DNA of 64,000 nucleotides from a virus. The position numbers and the translations under genes are program-made. The stretch is from positions 14,299 through 78,298 of IMG/VR virus record IMGVR_UViG_3300042520_000860; one strand, written 5' to 3'. Positions 29,434-39,250 of this stretch are shown here, in pieces; the first letter of the stretch is position 1, and each line of letters opens with the position of its first letter. The notes beneath the pieces are model-generated. The model saw only the letters and a program-made list of their open reading frames with translations. It was not told the DNA's origin and did not search any database.

Positions 29434-32414
29434 TTCAAGTTATTGAGGTGTTTCAAAACGTGCGCAAAATGCTCTGGGTCATCTCTCAGGAACGAAGATG
29501 GCTGGTGAAGCATACGCTCTATGCCCATCGTAAGGATTTCATTTGATAACCGACCATAATCTCGACCGGTGTAAATGTGTCCACCTCGCTTTTCCCATTC
29601 ATCCTTGAAGTACCGCTCAGTACCGCGACCTTTTCGTGTCACAGACTGTTTTCCGCCAGCCCGTTTGTACAGATACCTGCTTCCCTCTGCTTTAATATCC
29701 ATAAATGTATTTTCTAGTGCATGTCCCAATTCGTGCATGATTGTCGTTCCGGGAGCCGCCCCATCTGCGGCAATTTTTATCATTCTAGTATCATTGTTGT
29801 AACTACCTCGTTTAATAGAACTCGACACCTGAACAGTAATTCCTCGCGCACTCATTTTATCAAGAGCAGCTTGCGGAATCATTCGCTCAAACAATTCCAC
29901 TCCTTTCTTGATTTCATCTAAAGTAGATTGCCTGACACCTTTAGCGTTTAAAGTGAAGCGCAACTTCTTGTCCGCTGCGACTGGAGGTCTGAATAGCTGC
30001 TCACGAATTAAATCATCTGTCGAAGGAGTGGGATTGTAAGGCGCGGAGGCATACCCCGCCATGGATACTTCTCCCGCGCCTTGACGTATTTTTGACTCTG
30101 CCAGCATAAGCGACTTATTCTTTGCCTGATAAGCATCAAACGCGGAGATGACCTCCTTAGGCGTTTCAGGCTTCCAATCACGAGTGTCATAGTCGAAGTA
30201 TTGCATCAGTTTTGCAGGTTCATACTCTCGATCCAGTGCTTGAATCGCTTCGCGAACGTCGTTTGCGTTTTTGAACACTGCGCGCTCAGTTGTGGCAGTG
30301 GCTTGAACCGTTATTGGTTGATTGACGAGGGTATTCAGCTTATTGATTGTCTCGTCTATTGACAAGCCTCTAGCGACTACTGGGTTATCGTTAACTTTAA
30401 CGGCGGGAACTTTTGATACCCTGACATACTTAACAGCTGGTCGAGTAGGCTTAGGCGCAACGGCTGGCTTTGGAGCGGGTAGTGCGGCAGGGGCTGGTAC
30501 TGGGTCTGGAACGATAGGCGCAGGAATGACTGCCACATCATCCACCTCTACGCGAAGTTTTACTACGTCCCCTTCTTTGCCAAGAAACACGAACCTCCGA
30601 CCCCGTGGCAGAAGAACTTCCTTTTGATAGGCGAAGTAGCCCTCGCCTTGTGCCCATAGCGGCAGTCCCGACATCCCTTCGCCCATTTCTATCTCTAACA
30701 CCACAGGCTTGAGATTCCTCTCGGCAAGCTCATCTATCAAAGCGTCGCGAGCAGCTGCAGTTGACGAGGTTGAAACGAATCCTTTGTCAACCCACTCATT
30801 CTTGCCACTGTAGAAACTCTCAAAGTCGTCCTCGTCAATAACTCGATAGACCTTAGTGCCCTTCGGTATGGCGGGTGCTTTGGCAAAGATGTTGTCGAGG
30901 TCGTCGATAAGTTCCGCGTCTACCGACCGAAGCGGCGTGCCGCGCCTGAGGGGGTCGTTCACCATGCGTGAATCACCGACATAATCTTGAAGCGCATCCT
31001 TTTGCTTCTGGGTCAACGATTTGTTGAACTCGTCAACATCACTCCATGTACTCCAAGCGGGGCTTGGGCTTGGCGTAGGTGAAGAATCGGCAATCGACGC
31101 AACAGGCGGTGCAAAGGGAGTCGCGGGTACTGGATCGGGAATGATAGGCGCAAGTACTGGCGTTGGAGCAATAGCGGGCACTGGATCAACAACCGCAGGG
31201 ATCGGCACTGGCGCGGGCGTTGGCTTTGGCGCGACTACTGGTTTTGGTTTTGGCGTTGGCTTTGGTTTGACTGGAACCATTGGCGCGGCAGCGGGAAGCG
31301 GTGGCGTAGGCGGCAAAGGCTTCGGTGCAATCGGCGCGGCGGGTGGTTGCGGTGGCTCAGGCGGTTTCGGTGGTTTGGGCGGGCCGCCATCGGAAACAAA
31401 CGCAGGCACAGGACGACCGCGATCTTCCCATGTACCAATACCTTCGCCGCCTTTCAACGGTAGCGATGGCGTGCTTCCATTCTCTTGACGGAAGCCACTG
31501 GCCGTAAGAGCGCCCGTGTGATTGATGTGGAACTGCAAGTCGCCTGAGTATTCAATCGGCACGTTCTTGATGTTGCAGGTAGGAGTGCCACGAAAGGTGG
31601 GGATTCCTTGCTCGATTGCTTCGCATCCTGACACGCTAACATGCGTCACGGTTCCGCTGTCCTTCATAGAACGAATCGCTGCTCTATCTGCGGCGCGACC
31701 AAGCTCAGTGCGAACGATGGTCGGGACACGGTTAGTCGCAATCTGAGGGATCTTTGTGCGAATCTCTTCCATCAACTCACCGGGACTTTTGCCGCCGTCA
31801 ATGCCCTTTGAAATCAGCCTAGCGAGTCTGCTTTGCGTGGTCTTGTTGATACCAGACACATCCTTGGCGATTTCGCTGATGGATTGTTGCATGACGCGCT
31901 TTGCTGGCACGGAGGGTTTTCCGCCAGTAAGGAGCATGGTTGATTTTTCATGGATGTCGTCAGCGACAGATTGCATCACTGGCTGAATTGTAGCCTCGGC
32001 ATCTTTGCCGAGAATGCGGAACGCTTGGTTTAACGCTTGCACCCACAACTCGGAGTGCTGATCTGCCTGAACGGTAATGGTAACCGCTTTGGCTTGTCGC
32101 GTTGCCGAAACGCCAGCCATCCGAATCAATGACGACTCGAATAGTTCAAGAACCTTCTCCACTTGGCGGCGCATCACTACGGTGAGTGATTTGGTAAGCA
32201 GACGGGTGCCTTTGATCTTGGCGGCACGTTGGACATTGAGCAGGTCTTTGGTCAGTTGCACGCCATTGCGCGTCATGAAAGACTCCATCGTCCATCCGCC
32301 ATCAGGTAGCTTGCTTTTTGCAACTTTTGCAAATAACTTAGACGGCGAAACAAAGTGCCTGCAACCGCAAGTCGGCTTCGTCCGCGTCAAAGGCAAGGTG
32401 CGTTGATACCTCAT
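29430..32414 (-). CDS. MuF/gpF-like head morphogenesis protein fused to ADP-ribosyltransferase and HExxH zincin domains
   Basis: INKTTQSRL and IVRTELGRA (MuF); VYR, FVSTS, QKEVLLPR (R-S-E ART); HELGH...EILTMG (zincin); Pro-rich linkers. Confidence 0.85.
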   Translation of the reverse strand: MRYQRTLPLTRTKPTCGCRHFVSPSKLFAKVAKSKLPDGGWTMESFMTRNGVQLTKDLLNVQRAAKIKGTRLLTKSLTVVMRRQVEKVLELFESSLIRMAGVSATRQAKAVTITVQADQHSELWVQALNQAFRILGKDAEATIQPVMQSVADDIHEKSTMLLTGGKPSVPAKRVMQQSISEIAKDVSGINKTTQSRLARLISKGIDGGKSPGELMEEIRTKIPQIATNRVPTIVRTELGRAADRAAIRSMKDSGTVTHVSVSGCEAIEQGIPTFRGTPTCNIKNVPIEYSGDLQFHINHTGALTASGFRQENGSTPSLPLKGGEGIGTWEDRGRPVPAFVSDGGPPKPPKPPEPPQPPAAPIAPKPLPPTPPLPAAAPMVPVKPKPTPKPKPVVAPKPTPAPVPIPAVVDPVPAIAPTPVLAPIIPDPVPATPFAPPVASIADSSPTPSPSPAWSTWSDVDEFNKSLTQKQKDALQDYVGDSRMVNDPLRRGTPLRSVDAELIDDLDNIFAKAPAIPKGTKVYRVIDEDDFESFYSGKNEWVDKGFVSTSSTAAARDALIDELAERNLKPVVLEIEMGEGMSGLPLWAQGEGYFAYQKEVLLPRGRRFVFLGKEGDVVKLRVEVDDVAVIPAPIVPDPVPAPAALPAPKPAVAPKPTRPAVKYVRVSKVPAVKVNDNPVVARGLSIDETINKLNTLVNQPITVQATATTERAVFKNANDVREAIQALDREYEPAKLMQYFDYDTRDWKPETPKEVISAFDAYQAKNKSLMLAESKIRQGAGEVSMAGYASAPYNPTPSTDDLIREQLFRPPVAADKKLRFTLNAKGVRQSTLDEIKKGVELFERMIPQAALDKMSARGITVQVSSSIKRGSYNNDTRMIKIAADGAAPGTTIMHELGHALENTFMDIKAEGSRYLYKRAGGKQSVTRKGRGTERYFKDEWEKRGGHIYTGRDYGRLSNEILTMGIERMLHQPSSFLRDDPEHFAHVLKHLNNLK

Positions 32415-32417
32415 AGG

Positions 32418-33737
32418 TCATAGCGACTGCGGCGACTCAGCGGTTCCATTCATGCCAGCAACCGCCAGCGGAACCAGCCCACTCTCGATAAAGAATTGAT
32501 CCAAGTAAGGGTCGTCAATCCGTTGCAATCCAGCTTTCTCACGAAGTTCGTTCGGGGTCATTGCGCCGATCTTAACCATCGGGCCGTAATCCTTGAGCGT
32601 CTGCTCAACGTCGATCAGGCCAGACATGCTGTAATCGTAGCACAGGTTTTCTCCGTAGGCTTTAGCAATTCCGCCAGCCATGTTGATGCGGCCAATCAAT
32701 AAGTCAAGCAACGGCACGCACTCGTACTTGCGGAAGTTGATGTCATCCTGCCTAGCGGTTGCGTAGTTTGCCGCGCCAGCAATACCAGCAACAGAAAGCG
32801 GAACGCCGTGGATGAGGAAGATTTGTTCAACCGTCCATTTCTCACGCTCAATCGCTTGCATCTCCTGCATCGTCAGGCCGAGCTTATGGTATGACCAGTC
32901 TCCGTTCAGGAAAGCAGTCTTACCTGCGTTGCGACGACCACCGTATTCCGAGTTGAACTTTTGTCGAAACGCTTTCCATGCGCCTTCATCTTCAACAACG
33001 TCTTTCTTAGTCAGAATACCAGACGGCATTGCGCCATTCTCAAGGAACTTTTCATCCAGAGCATTGCGGTTGATGTAGGCCGAGAGCGTGTCCTGCGATG
33101 GTTCGACGTCGCCAAGTCCCATGATGAGATTGTTAGGATGCGGGCGTCGGAACTGGAGGATTTCCTCAGGCTTTAACGCAATCGTTTGGCCGTTGATCTT
33201 GTACTTCCAACCCTTGATTTTGATCTTTGGGTCAGGGTCTGCCTCGATGTACTGAGGAAGTAAGGGGAAGATTGCTTTTGGTTGGCCAGCGCCATTAGGC
33301 TCGTCTTTCAGCCAATAGGCAGTACCCGTCAACTTCATGTGGAATGTCCACATGTAAATCAATTCTTCCCATGAGTCGAATGGGTTAGGCGTTGACAGGA
33401 ACATTGCCAACGGGTGCGTATCAGGCAGGAGCTGGTCTTCGGACTCACCCACCCCAAGTTGAATTGCTTGGACTTTTGCGGAGACGAGGACGTTGGCGAC
33501 CAAGTGACAAGCGCGGAACGAAGCCCAGACCTTTTTGCTACCGACGTCGAGGAAGGATTGGAAGTCGGCTAACTTGGAAATAGTGACGCCTACGCGTTGT
33601 TCAATGAAGTTGCGCTCCTTTACATTCGGGATGCGAGAGAGGACAGTTTTCTCGGCAACGCTGAACAACTCTTTTCGATCATTGTAGCTGAGGTCTGAGA
33701 GTTTGGCTGGCGTATTCTTAAAGATCCAGAATGGCAT
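32418..33737 (-). CDS. portal protein (HK97 family)
   Basis: PNPF, LTGTAYW, ENGAMPSG, MTPNELR motifs. Confidence 0.92.
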   Translation of the reverse strand: MPFWIFKNTPAKLSDLSYNDRKELFSVAEKTVLSRIPNVKERNFIEQRVGVTISKLADFQSFLDVGSKKVWASFRACHLVANVLVSAKVQAIQLGVGESEDQLLPDTHPLAMFLSTPNPFDSWEELIYMWTFHMKLTGTAYWLKDEPNGAGQPKAIFPLLPQYIEADPDPKIKIKGWKYKINGQTIALKPEEILQFRRPHPNNLIMGLGDVEPSQDTLSAYINRNALDEKFLENGAMPSGILTKKDVVEDEGAWKAFRQKFNSEYGGRRNAGKTAFLNGDWSYHKLGLTMQEMQAIEREKWTVEQIFLIHGVPLSVAGIAGAANYATARQDDINFRKYECVPLLDLLIGRINMAGGIAKAYGENLCYDYSMSGLIDVEQTLKDYGPMVKIGAMTPNELREKAGLQRIDDPYLDQFFIESGLVPLAVAGMNGTAESPQSL

Positions 33738-33780
33738 TGCGCGAAATGGTTAAGGTCGTTTTTCAACTATCAGTAGTTTC

Positions 33781-34548
33781 TCAGTCCTTTGGGAAGGCAA
33801 CGTCCTCAACTGGCTTGGCAGCGGGAACGGTTTTCTTTCCGCAGCCACCGCATCCACCGCCTTCAGCAGTTCGGGTTAGATTTGGTTCTCGCGTCCACAC
33901 GGGTTGAGTCTTGAGTCGGTTGACATCTTCAATCAGCAATTCGGTAAGCGGCGCTTTGAACTCATTAGCGACGTAGCGAACCTCACGAGACCGAATCATA
34001 TCGAAGTTGAGTGCATTCAACCCGCGCTCAAAGTTCTTATGAGCGTTGGCGAACTCGGCAAGCGTCGTAAACGCAACGACAAGGTCAGGGTCACCGCTCA
34101 AGTAGTCGATCTGAGACTTGAAGATTGTCGGCCATTCGTTAGCAGTTTTGAACCATTCAATCGCTCCTTCGGTTGCGCTGGTTAGCGTATTGAAGTCAGA
34201 CAAGTAAATTGCCAAGTCCTCAAATGCGCTGCCGCCATAGTCGGCAATCTCTTGCTTGGTAAATTCATCGAATGACTTGCTGATAGTGAGACTGATTGCA
34301 CTCACGAATCGCTCCAACGGATTACGAACCGCTACCATTACCGAATAACCTTCGAACTGCGGGGGCAACGCGCCTTCGCTTTTCAAATCGGCGGCGGTTG
34401 CAAACCTTGCAAAACCTTCAATCGGCTCTGCTTGCAACATGTCGGCCACGGAGAAGTTGGCACAACGCGGGTTCTCTATGAGAATGAGCTTATGTAAGTG
34501 ACTTACTTGCATGGACGTGACGGTGACAGGATTCTCAGGAAGTTGCAA
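33781..34548 (-). CDS. Sulfotransfer_2-like protein (divergent)
   Basis: LIENPRCANFS (5'-PSB-like) and VRNPLERFVS (3'-PB) motifs. Confidence 0.6.
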   Translation of the reverse strand: MQLPENPVTVTSMQVSHLHKLILIENPRCANFSVADMLQAEPIEGFARFATAADLKSEGALPPQFEGYSVMVAVRNPLERFVSAISLTISKSFDEFTKQEIADYGGSAFEDLAIYLSDFNTLTSATEGAIEWFKTANEWPTIFKSQIDYLSGDPDLVVAFTTLAEFANAHKNFERGLNALNFDMIRSREVRYVANEFKAPLTELLIEDVNRLKTQPVWTREPNLTRTAEGGGCGGCGKKTVPAAKPVEDVAFPKD

Positions 34549-34551
34549 GTA

Positions 34552-34809
34552 TTACTTGACGATTGACGCCCGCTCGCGCTTTCGGTGAGTCGCAGCGATC
34601 AGGAACTCAATCGCGGCGTCCGTATTGTCAATCTTGGTGATTTTCAATACATTGCCGATTCTCTTAAACGCGAACAGCGCCTCAGCGTTGGGTTGCTGGA
34701 TTGCGGCGAAAAGTTGCCCAAGGTTGAGTTTGACGCCGTCGATTTCAACTACCGAGTTTAGCGGGATGTGGACGGCAACCCCAGTGGGGATCTTGACGGT
34801 TCGGGCCAT
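34552..34809 (-). CDS. hypothetical protein
   Basis: Start taken at MARTVK, just after GroES stop. Confidence 0.55.
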   Translation of the reverse strand: MARTVKIPTGVAVHIPLNSVVEIDGVKLNLGQLFAAIQQPNAEALFAFKRIGNVLKITKIDNTDAAIEFLIAATHRKRERASIVK

Positions 34810-34813
34810 CCGC

Positions 34814-35080
34814 TTACTCTGCCTCGCGTTTCGCCAACAGCTTGCTTTCTTGAATGAGGATGTAGTCGATTCCCTGCAAGACAACATGAGTCCCAAGGTG
34901 GGCTGGGACATACACGCTATCACCATCGGAAACCATTTCGCAGGTATGGCCAGCCTTTTGCACGGTTCCCCATGTTTCGGTGGTTTGAGAGATTTGCGGC
35001 AGGGCAATGCCTCCAGCGGTCTCAGTTTTGCGGTCGTCCATGCAGACGAGGACTAGGTCGTTAATAGGGGTCAGGGTCAT
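34814..35080 (-). CDS. groES: co-chaperonin GroES
   Basis: LTPINDLVLV, TAGGIALP mobile loop, GDSV, ESKLLA; start at MTLTP. Confidence 0.85.
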   Translation of the reverse strand: MTLTPINDLVLVCMDDRKTETAGGIALPQISQTTETWGTVQKAGHTCEMVSDGDSVYVPAHLGTHVVLQGIDYILIQESKLLAKREAE

Positions 35081-35132
35081 AGGTGGGCAGAACTTAGCGT
35101 CTGAAGGAAATTTCGCAATCACTTTTTGCAAC

Positions 35133-36620
35133 TTATGCAATTAGTAGTTTCGGAAGAGGCGTCGTCAACTCCTCATGCGCAATCGAAACGGCATCGACTT
35201 GGTCGTCATGTATCCCTTCTGGGAATTGCTCAAGCTCTTCGACGAACTCTTTTGTCCATAGGCCGCGAACGATAGTCACGCGTCCGGCCTCGATCAAATT
35301 TAACCACGGCTGCGCACGCAAGAGTTTTCCGCCTCTAGGTGGGTTGCGTTTGTGGACTGCGATGTTGCCGAGCAAGGATGCTTTGACGTCTTGGTAAATG
35401 GCATCGAAACCTCCCACGCCTTCGACCGCAATCCGCAAAACGTTCATCTTCTCACGGTCACGGAGCGCCTGTTCAATCATCTGGCCGCGAACTTTCGCCC
35501 ACGCCCACTGTCGTTTGAATATGTCCACGATGTAAAACTGGTCGCCATCCCACCCGCATAGCGCGCCAGCGGTAAAGTCTGCGGATTGCTTTTCAGTAAT
35601 GGCCAAGTCCCATCCTCGCGTCAGGGTTAAGCCATCTGGTAATTCTGATCGCTCAATGTACCGCAACTTCGATAAATCCGCCTGTCCCGATGATGCGGTT
35701 CGAGGCGTACCCTCGTACTGACTCGACCACTCATAGGCGGGCAGCGCCGCCTTCAATCCAAGCAAGAAGGACAACGGTCGCTCTTGAGGGAATAGCGGGT
35801 CTCCCTCGCCGCGCATCAATGGATCATTTGAATCTGCGATGGCTTTAAGGTTGGTCACTTCAAACGCAGACGAGCCTTGGCCCTCAGCCTTGAGTTGCGC
35901 AACGTAGTCTTCACTTGTCAAGTGACCGATTAAGTCATTTGGATGCCAGCGCGTTCCGATAATGAACACCTTAGCGTTTCGGCTAAGTCGAGTTGCGCAG
36001 TCGGCGAAGTACCATTCGATCACTCGACGACGTTGCAAAGATGACTCGGCCTCTGCACGTCCCGCGTGCGCATCGTCAATAATAAGCCAGTCAACTTTGC
36101 GTCCAGTCAACTTAGACCCAGCCGATTTTGCAATGATCGACGACCCATTAGAAAAGTAAACACTATCCGCGCGGTCGCGTCCAAACACTGGGGCAATGTT
36201 CGGAAAGATCCGCGCATAGGCCGGTAAACCCATAATGTTTTTAATCTCACGAATGAAATCAGTTAGCAGCGAATGAGAGAACCCGGTAATAGCGACGCTA
36301 ATTCCGGGCTTGCTTCCGACCAACCATGCCACGGCACGAACTGCAAGCAGGCGACTCTTACCATGCTGAGGAGGAACGCTCACTGCTTGGCGTGGTGCAC
36401 ACTGGCCTGTTATTACGCCTTGAACTTTAGTGGCAAGAAACTGGTGAAGCTCGCCGATCACATAGCTGGCTGAGTCATTCTGAGGAAACATTACGTGCAG
36501 AAACGAGAGAAAATCCTCTTGAGCAACTGCTGTCAGACGTTTGTACAAGACCAAGAACGCCGCATCATCGAGATCAGGCGCAGTCTCAGTCTCATCAAGC
36601 GATGGTTTTTTTCTTGGCAT
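35133..36620 (-). CDS. terL: terminase large subunit
   Basis: PPQHGKS Walker A, IIDD Walker B, GTRWH, WDLA, HDDQVDA. Confidence 0.95.
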   Translation of the reverse strand: MPRKKPSLDETETAPDLDDAAFLVLYKRLTAVAQEDFLSFLHVMFPQNDSASYVIGELHQFLATKVQGVITGQCAPRQAVSVPPQHGKSRLLAVRAVAWLVGSKPGISVAITGFSHSLLTDFIREIKNIMGLPAYARIFPNIAPVFGRDRADSVYFSNGSSIIAKSAGSKLTGRKVDWLIIDDAHAGRAEAESSLQRRRVIEWYFADCATRLSRNAKVFIIGTRWHPNDLIGHLTSEDYVAQLKAEGQGSSAFEVTNLKAIADSNDPLMRGEGDPLFPQERPLSFLLGLKAALPAYEWSSQYEGTPRTASSGQADLSKLRYIERSELPDGLTLTRGWDLAITEKQSADFTAGALCGWDGDQFYIVDIFKRQWAWAKVRGQMIEQALRDREKMNVLRIAVEGVGGFDAIYQDVKASLLGNIAVHKRNPPRGGKLLRAQPWLNLIEAGRVTIVRGLWTKEFVEELEQFPEGIHDDQVDAVSIAHEELTTPLPKLLIA

Positions 36621-36626
36621 TCAAGA

Positions 36627-37181
36627 TTACTTCAGATCGACGTCCTTGTTATTTGCCGCTATTCGTGAGGCGTCCGTAAAGGCCGATGGGAACGCGCGCA
36701 TGGCCGCTTGCAGGGCTTTGCCCAAGGCATTGCCACTCATCTCTTCTCTAGCGTCACCTACGATTGAGACCTCACCTTTAAGTGGCTGGTCGGCAGGGGT
36801 GGTCAATTCAACCCGCGTCGAATAACCACGACCGCGTCCTTTAGTAGATAAGTAAAAGGTAATCGCCCGCGTATCGTTGTTCTTGACGTTCTCCAGCAAC
36901 TTGCGTTCGACGAAATCAAGTTGCTTGTGGTCAATTTCTTTTACCTTGCGCTGGAAGTCTAGGTCTTGCTCCATCCATTCGTAGATAGTGCGGCGAGGAA
37001 TACCTACCTGCTGAGCAGCATAGGAAATGATTCCGAGGTGCTCATCTAGCATGACAAGGAACTTCTGCTTATCACTGGCCTTCTTTTTCTCACGCTGCTC
37101 AGCCAATGAAACTGTATTCTTTTCTTCATTGATAATTAAACGTCTGCGCCGAGGCGCTGCTTTTTGTTTCGGTTCTTTCAT
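36627..37181 (-). CDS. terS: terminase small subunit (HTH)
   Basis: AAQQVGIPRRTIYEW HTH, AITFYLSTKGRGRGY; directly upstream of terL. Confidence 0.85.
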   Translation of the reverse strand: MKEPKQKAAPRRRRLIINEEKNTVSLAEQREKKKASDKQKFLVMLDEHLGIISYAAQQVGIPRRTIYEWMEQDLDFQRKVKEIDHKQLDFVERKLLENVKNNDTRAITFYLSTKGRGRGYSTRVELTTPADQPLKGEVSIVGDAREEMSGNALGKALQAAMRAFPSAFTDASRIAANNKDVDLK

Positions 37182-37194
37182 AAGCTATTTAGAT

Positions 37195-38322
37195 TTAGTG
37201 CGACGGAATAAGGCGGCTTGCTTCAGCAAGGGCCATCCCGACAACCTGATCCATGTTGTAGTAACGATAAGTCGCAAGTCTGCCAATAAAAGAGACATTC
37301 TTTTCAGAATCGGAAAGCTCCTTGTATTTTTTGTAAATGACCGAGGACTCAACTGACGGTACGGGATAGTACGCCTCTTTTCCTAAGGAAAAATCATCGG
37401 GATATTCACGAACCACCGTCGTATTCTCACATGTTTGACCCGTTATGTGCTTTACCTCAACAGTTCTGGTAAAGGGAATTGACTCACTAGGGTAATTAAC
37501 TTGTACGGCTGGTTGATAAAAACTTCCCCCAAGCTCCTTTTCAGAAAAGGATTCATGCTCAAATCGTAACGAGCGGTAAGGCAACGCACCGAACCTATGG
37601 TCATAAAAAGAATCAATCGGGCCTGTGTACACCATGTGATTAAACGTTACGTTTTTAACGGTATCGAGATAATCCTCATTTAGGACTACGGTAAGTAGAC
37701 TACCGCATGACGAAATCATCTTTTTGAACATAGCCGTGTACCCTTCCTTCGGCATTGCTTGAAAACTCTCTTGAAGGTAGCGGTCATCGCGGTTCATCCT
37801 AATTGGGATACGCGCACAAACGCTGGCGTCGAGGTCTTTTGGATGACGCTTCCACTGTTTCATCGTGTAGCCCTTGAAGAATTTTTCATAAAGTTCCCAT
37901 CCAACCTGAGAAACCACGACCTCCTCAGAATTTGCAGGGTTTGCAATTTCAATGCGGTGTGTATCGAGCCACTCACTCATCTCCTCACTGGTCGACGGCC
38001 TTCCAATAAACTGCTCGAATGTGTTTAAGTTTATGGGAAAGTTCCAGTAGTCCTCATCTATTTTAGATAGGATTTTGTACTCAACTGGTAGCCATTCAGT
38101 AAAAAGCGAAAGGTAGTCTTTAATCCTAGCAGAGTTGGTTCTAAAGTAATGAGGGCCGTACTTGTGGATTAGCACACCTGCCCCATCGAGCATGTCATAA
38201 CAGTTCCCGCCTATGTGCTCGCGGCGGTCAACCACTAGGCACTTGCGCCCAGCGCTGCACGCCCTCTCAGCAAAGGTAAGGCCCGCGATACCCGCGCCGA
38301 CAATCAAGTAATCGTAGTGCAT
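37195..38322 (-). CDS. glf: UDP-galactopyranose mutase
   Basis: GAGIAG, HIGGNCYD, HKYGPH, LPYRSL, YYP, GRLATYRYYNMDQ. Confidence 0.95.
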   Translation of the reverse strand: MHYDYLIVGAGIAGLTFAERACSAGRKCLVVDRREHIGGNCYDMLDGAGVLIHKYGPHYFRTNSARIKDYLSLFTEWLPVEYKILSKIDEDYWNFPINLNTFEQFIGRPSTSEEMSEWLDTHRIEIANPANSEEVVVSQVGWELYEKFFKGYTMKQWKRHPKDLDASVCARIPIRMNRDDRYLQESFQAMPKEGYTAMFKKMISSCGSLLTVVLNEDYLDTVKNVTFNHMVYTGPIDSFYDHRFGALPYRSLRFEHESFSEKELGGSFYQPAVQVNYPSESIPFTRTVEVKHITGQTCENTTVVREYPDDFSLGKEAYYPVPSVESSVIYKKYKELSDSEKNVSFIGRLATYRYYNMDQVVGMALAEASRLIPSH

Positions 38323-38329
38323 GGCTTAT

Positions 38330-39250
38330 TTACGGCTTACGCCACTGTTCAGAAATAAGTCTAGGCACCGCGTTATTCCACATTGTGTTATGGTGAAAGC
38401 GGCGATTAGTTGTCCATAGCTCTGAAACGGTTGTGGATGATGGGTGCTGTATGACCGTGTAGAATGATTTTAGATACGTACCGTTATCCATGTACACCTC
38501 TGTCATGCCACCCGCCGCAGCTTGAGTCGGGACTTGTGTAAGCTGTGCTTGTGTAAGTGTAAAATAAAGATGGCCGCGTGATCCGTTAAGCACTGCCGCG
38601 CTTACATCCTCATTCATGCGACCGCAGAACGTAAAAGGTCGATCTGTCCGACATACCCACGAGTTCATTATCTTGCGAAGTAATCGCCAACCGTTCTTGA
38701 AGTAAGAGTTATCATGCCCGCCGATGTAGTCCCCGCCTTGCGCAATGGCAACGGCTGACGTGGGCGTAGCGTCCATAAATTCCACGAGCGCCGCAAATAG
38801 TCCATCTAACGAAAGTAGTTTCTTTTGCGAGATAAACTCTCCGTTAGCATTTGCACGGTAAGAGAACGTCGTGTAGTCGTCGTCTAGTTGGATAAAATGA
38901 GTAATGCCAAGCTCGGTGGCGATCTCAAAGCAAGCATTCCTAGCATAGACTACAGCCCTACGATCAGTAAAGTTGTCACAGTTAGGATAAGTCTCGGAAA
39001 TCTTTTTCTTATCAAAGATCACAACTTCATCCCCGAATTTTTCCTTGTACGCATTTCGTTTCTTGTCCTCGTTATCCACGACAAGAATAATACGCCCCTT
39101 GTACCCTGCCGTCTTTATGGCATCATACGTTCTTACATTGTCTGGTCTTCCATGCGTAAGAATAAACGCGGCAAAGGTTTCCGGCAAGGTTTGCCAGTTT
39201 GCTTTCGGCGGGCCTGCATTTTGTGTTAGCTTGCTCATCGTAATGGTCAA
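38330..39250 (-). CDS. GT-A glycosyltransferase, TAGT/GREB1-like
   Basis: ILTHGRP, YARN, LDDDY, GRMNEDV, GGM motifs. Confidence 0.85.
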   Translation of the reverse strand: MTITMSKLTQNAGPPKANWQTLPETFAAFILTHGRPDNVRTYDAIKTAGYKGRIILVVDNEDKKRNAYKEKFGDEVVIFDKKKISETYPNCDNFTDRRAVVYARNACFEIATELGITHFIQLDDDYTTFSYRANANGEFISQKKLLSLDGLFAALVEFMDATPTSAVAIAQGGDYIGGHDNSYFKNGWRLLRKIMNSWVCRTDRPFTFCGRMNEDVSAAVLNGSRGHLYFTLTQAQLTQVPTQAAAGGMTEVYMDNGTYLKSFYTVIQHPSSTTVSELWTTNRRFHHNTMWNNAVPRLISEQWRKP

